Below, one piece after another: positions 63,330-64,000 of a stretch of 64,000 bases of DNA (positions are counted from its first letter, which is position 1; every line of letters starts with the position of its first letter). The position numbers and the translations under genes were made by a program. Below the pieces are notes generated by a model. That model was given only the letters and a program-made list of their open reading frames with translations. It did no database searches and was not told the origin of the DNA. Source of the stretch: Dicyema japonicum (Eukaryota; Animalia; Dicyemida); contig RDEW01000002.1 in NCBI GenBank assembly GCA_011109175.1, positions 1,337,584 through 1,401,583 of the forward strand. Reading direction: 5' to 3'.

Positions 63330-64000
63330 AATCAATGAAAAACTACATTCATTATCTGACTCTATTTACAATTTAGAATTTTATAAAAGATATTACTTTA
63401 ATAACTCAACACCATAAGATTAATGAAACATTATGTAATCAAAAAAAACTAAAATTTGGTGAATTGATTTACATTTGGGTTATATAACCACAAATTGGCT
63501 CATATGAGATTATGGCATCGACTGAAGATCTACAATTAATATTAAAATTTGTTTTAGCACCTGTTCCTTTAATAAATTTAGTCCATTTTCTATTCACGAT
63601 CTGTTAATGATATACTGAGGTTATTGCAATAACTCATAAATTGGTATTCATTAGAGCTATAAGAGTAAAATTGTAGTACATTTGAGAGTAAGGATTGAAT
63701 AAAGAAGTACTAAATTTATAAGACACATAAATATATAACTGAAAATCATTTCTATATCAATGAAATACTAAATACATATTCTATATGAAGTAATTTAAAA
63801 AAACAAAATAAATAGAGATATTTTTTTAACACAACACCAATTGATAATGACACATTATGCATCAATGAAAAACTACAATCGTTATCTGACTCTATTTACA
63901 ATTTAGACTTTATTAGATAAAATACCTAAATTAAGTGACCCCATGAGCTTATATAGATCAAATTATGAAGTATCAACGTAATTAAAAATTTGGTGAATTG
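63330..64000. repeat. AT-rich diverged direct repeat, period ~530 bp, running off the window
   Basis: TCAATGAAAAACTACA.TC.TTATCTGACTCTATTTACAATTTAGA at ~63332 and ~63862; AAAATTTGGTGAATTG at ~63451 and ~63985. Confidence 0.7.

Overview
AT-rich eukaryotic nuclear DNA, almost certainly metazoan (it carries Ski/Sno and an IP3 receptor). Five very compact host genes sit as islands in a dense field of mostly decayed transposons: an SLC25A33/36-type carrier, a Ski/Sno gene, a damaged Rho GTPase, phosphomannomutase PMM2 and an IP3 receptor. Nearly all introns I could map are 20-27 nt, among the shortest known in animals. This suggests a highly reduced parasite lineage such as a dicyemid or myxozoan (inference, not identified). 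The TEs are RTE, Jockey/I-like and CRE-like non-LTR elements, one intact R4/Dong-like RLE element with a perfect 16-bp TSD, and pogo/Tigger, hAT, Tc1, Helitron and integrase remnants, several of them nested. Most notable: (1) miniature, apparently length-constrained introns; (2) the intact RLE retrotransposon; (3) a twin-priming-type 5' inversion of a CRE-like element whose empty-site allele is assembled next to it; (4) a conserved 3' stem-loop in the Jockey/I-like LINEs and a conserved 5' motif in the RTE LINEs. Duplications around N gaps are probably haplotype or assembly artefacts. All assignments come from manual motif recognition; no searches were run, and boundaries of decayed TE fragments are approximate.
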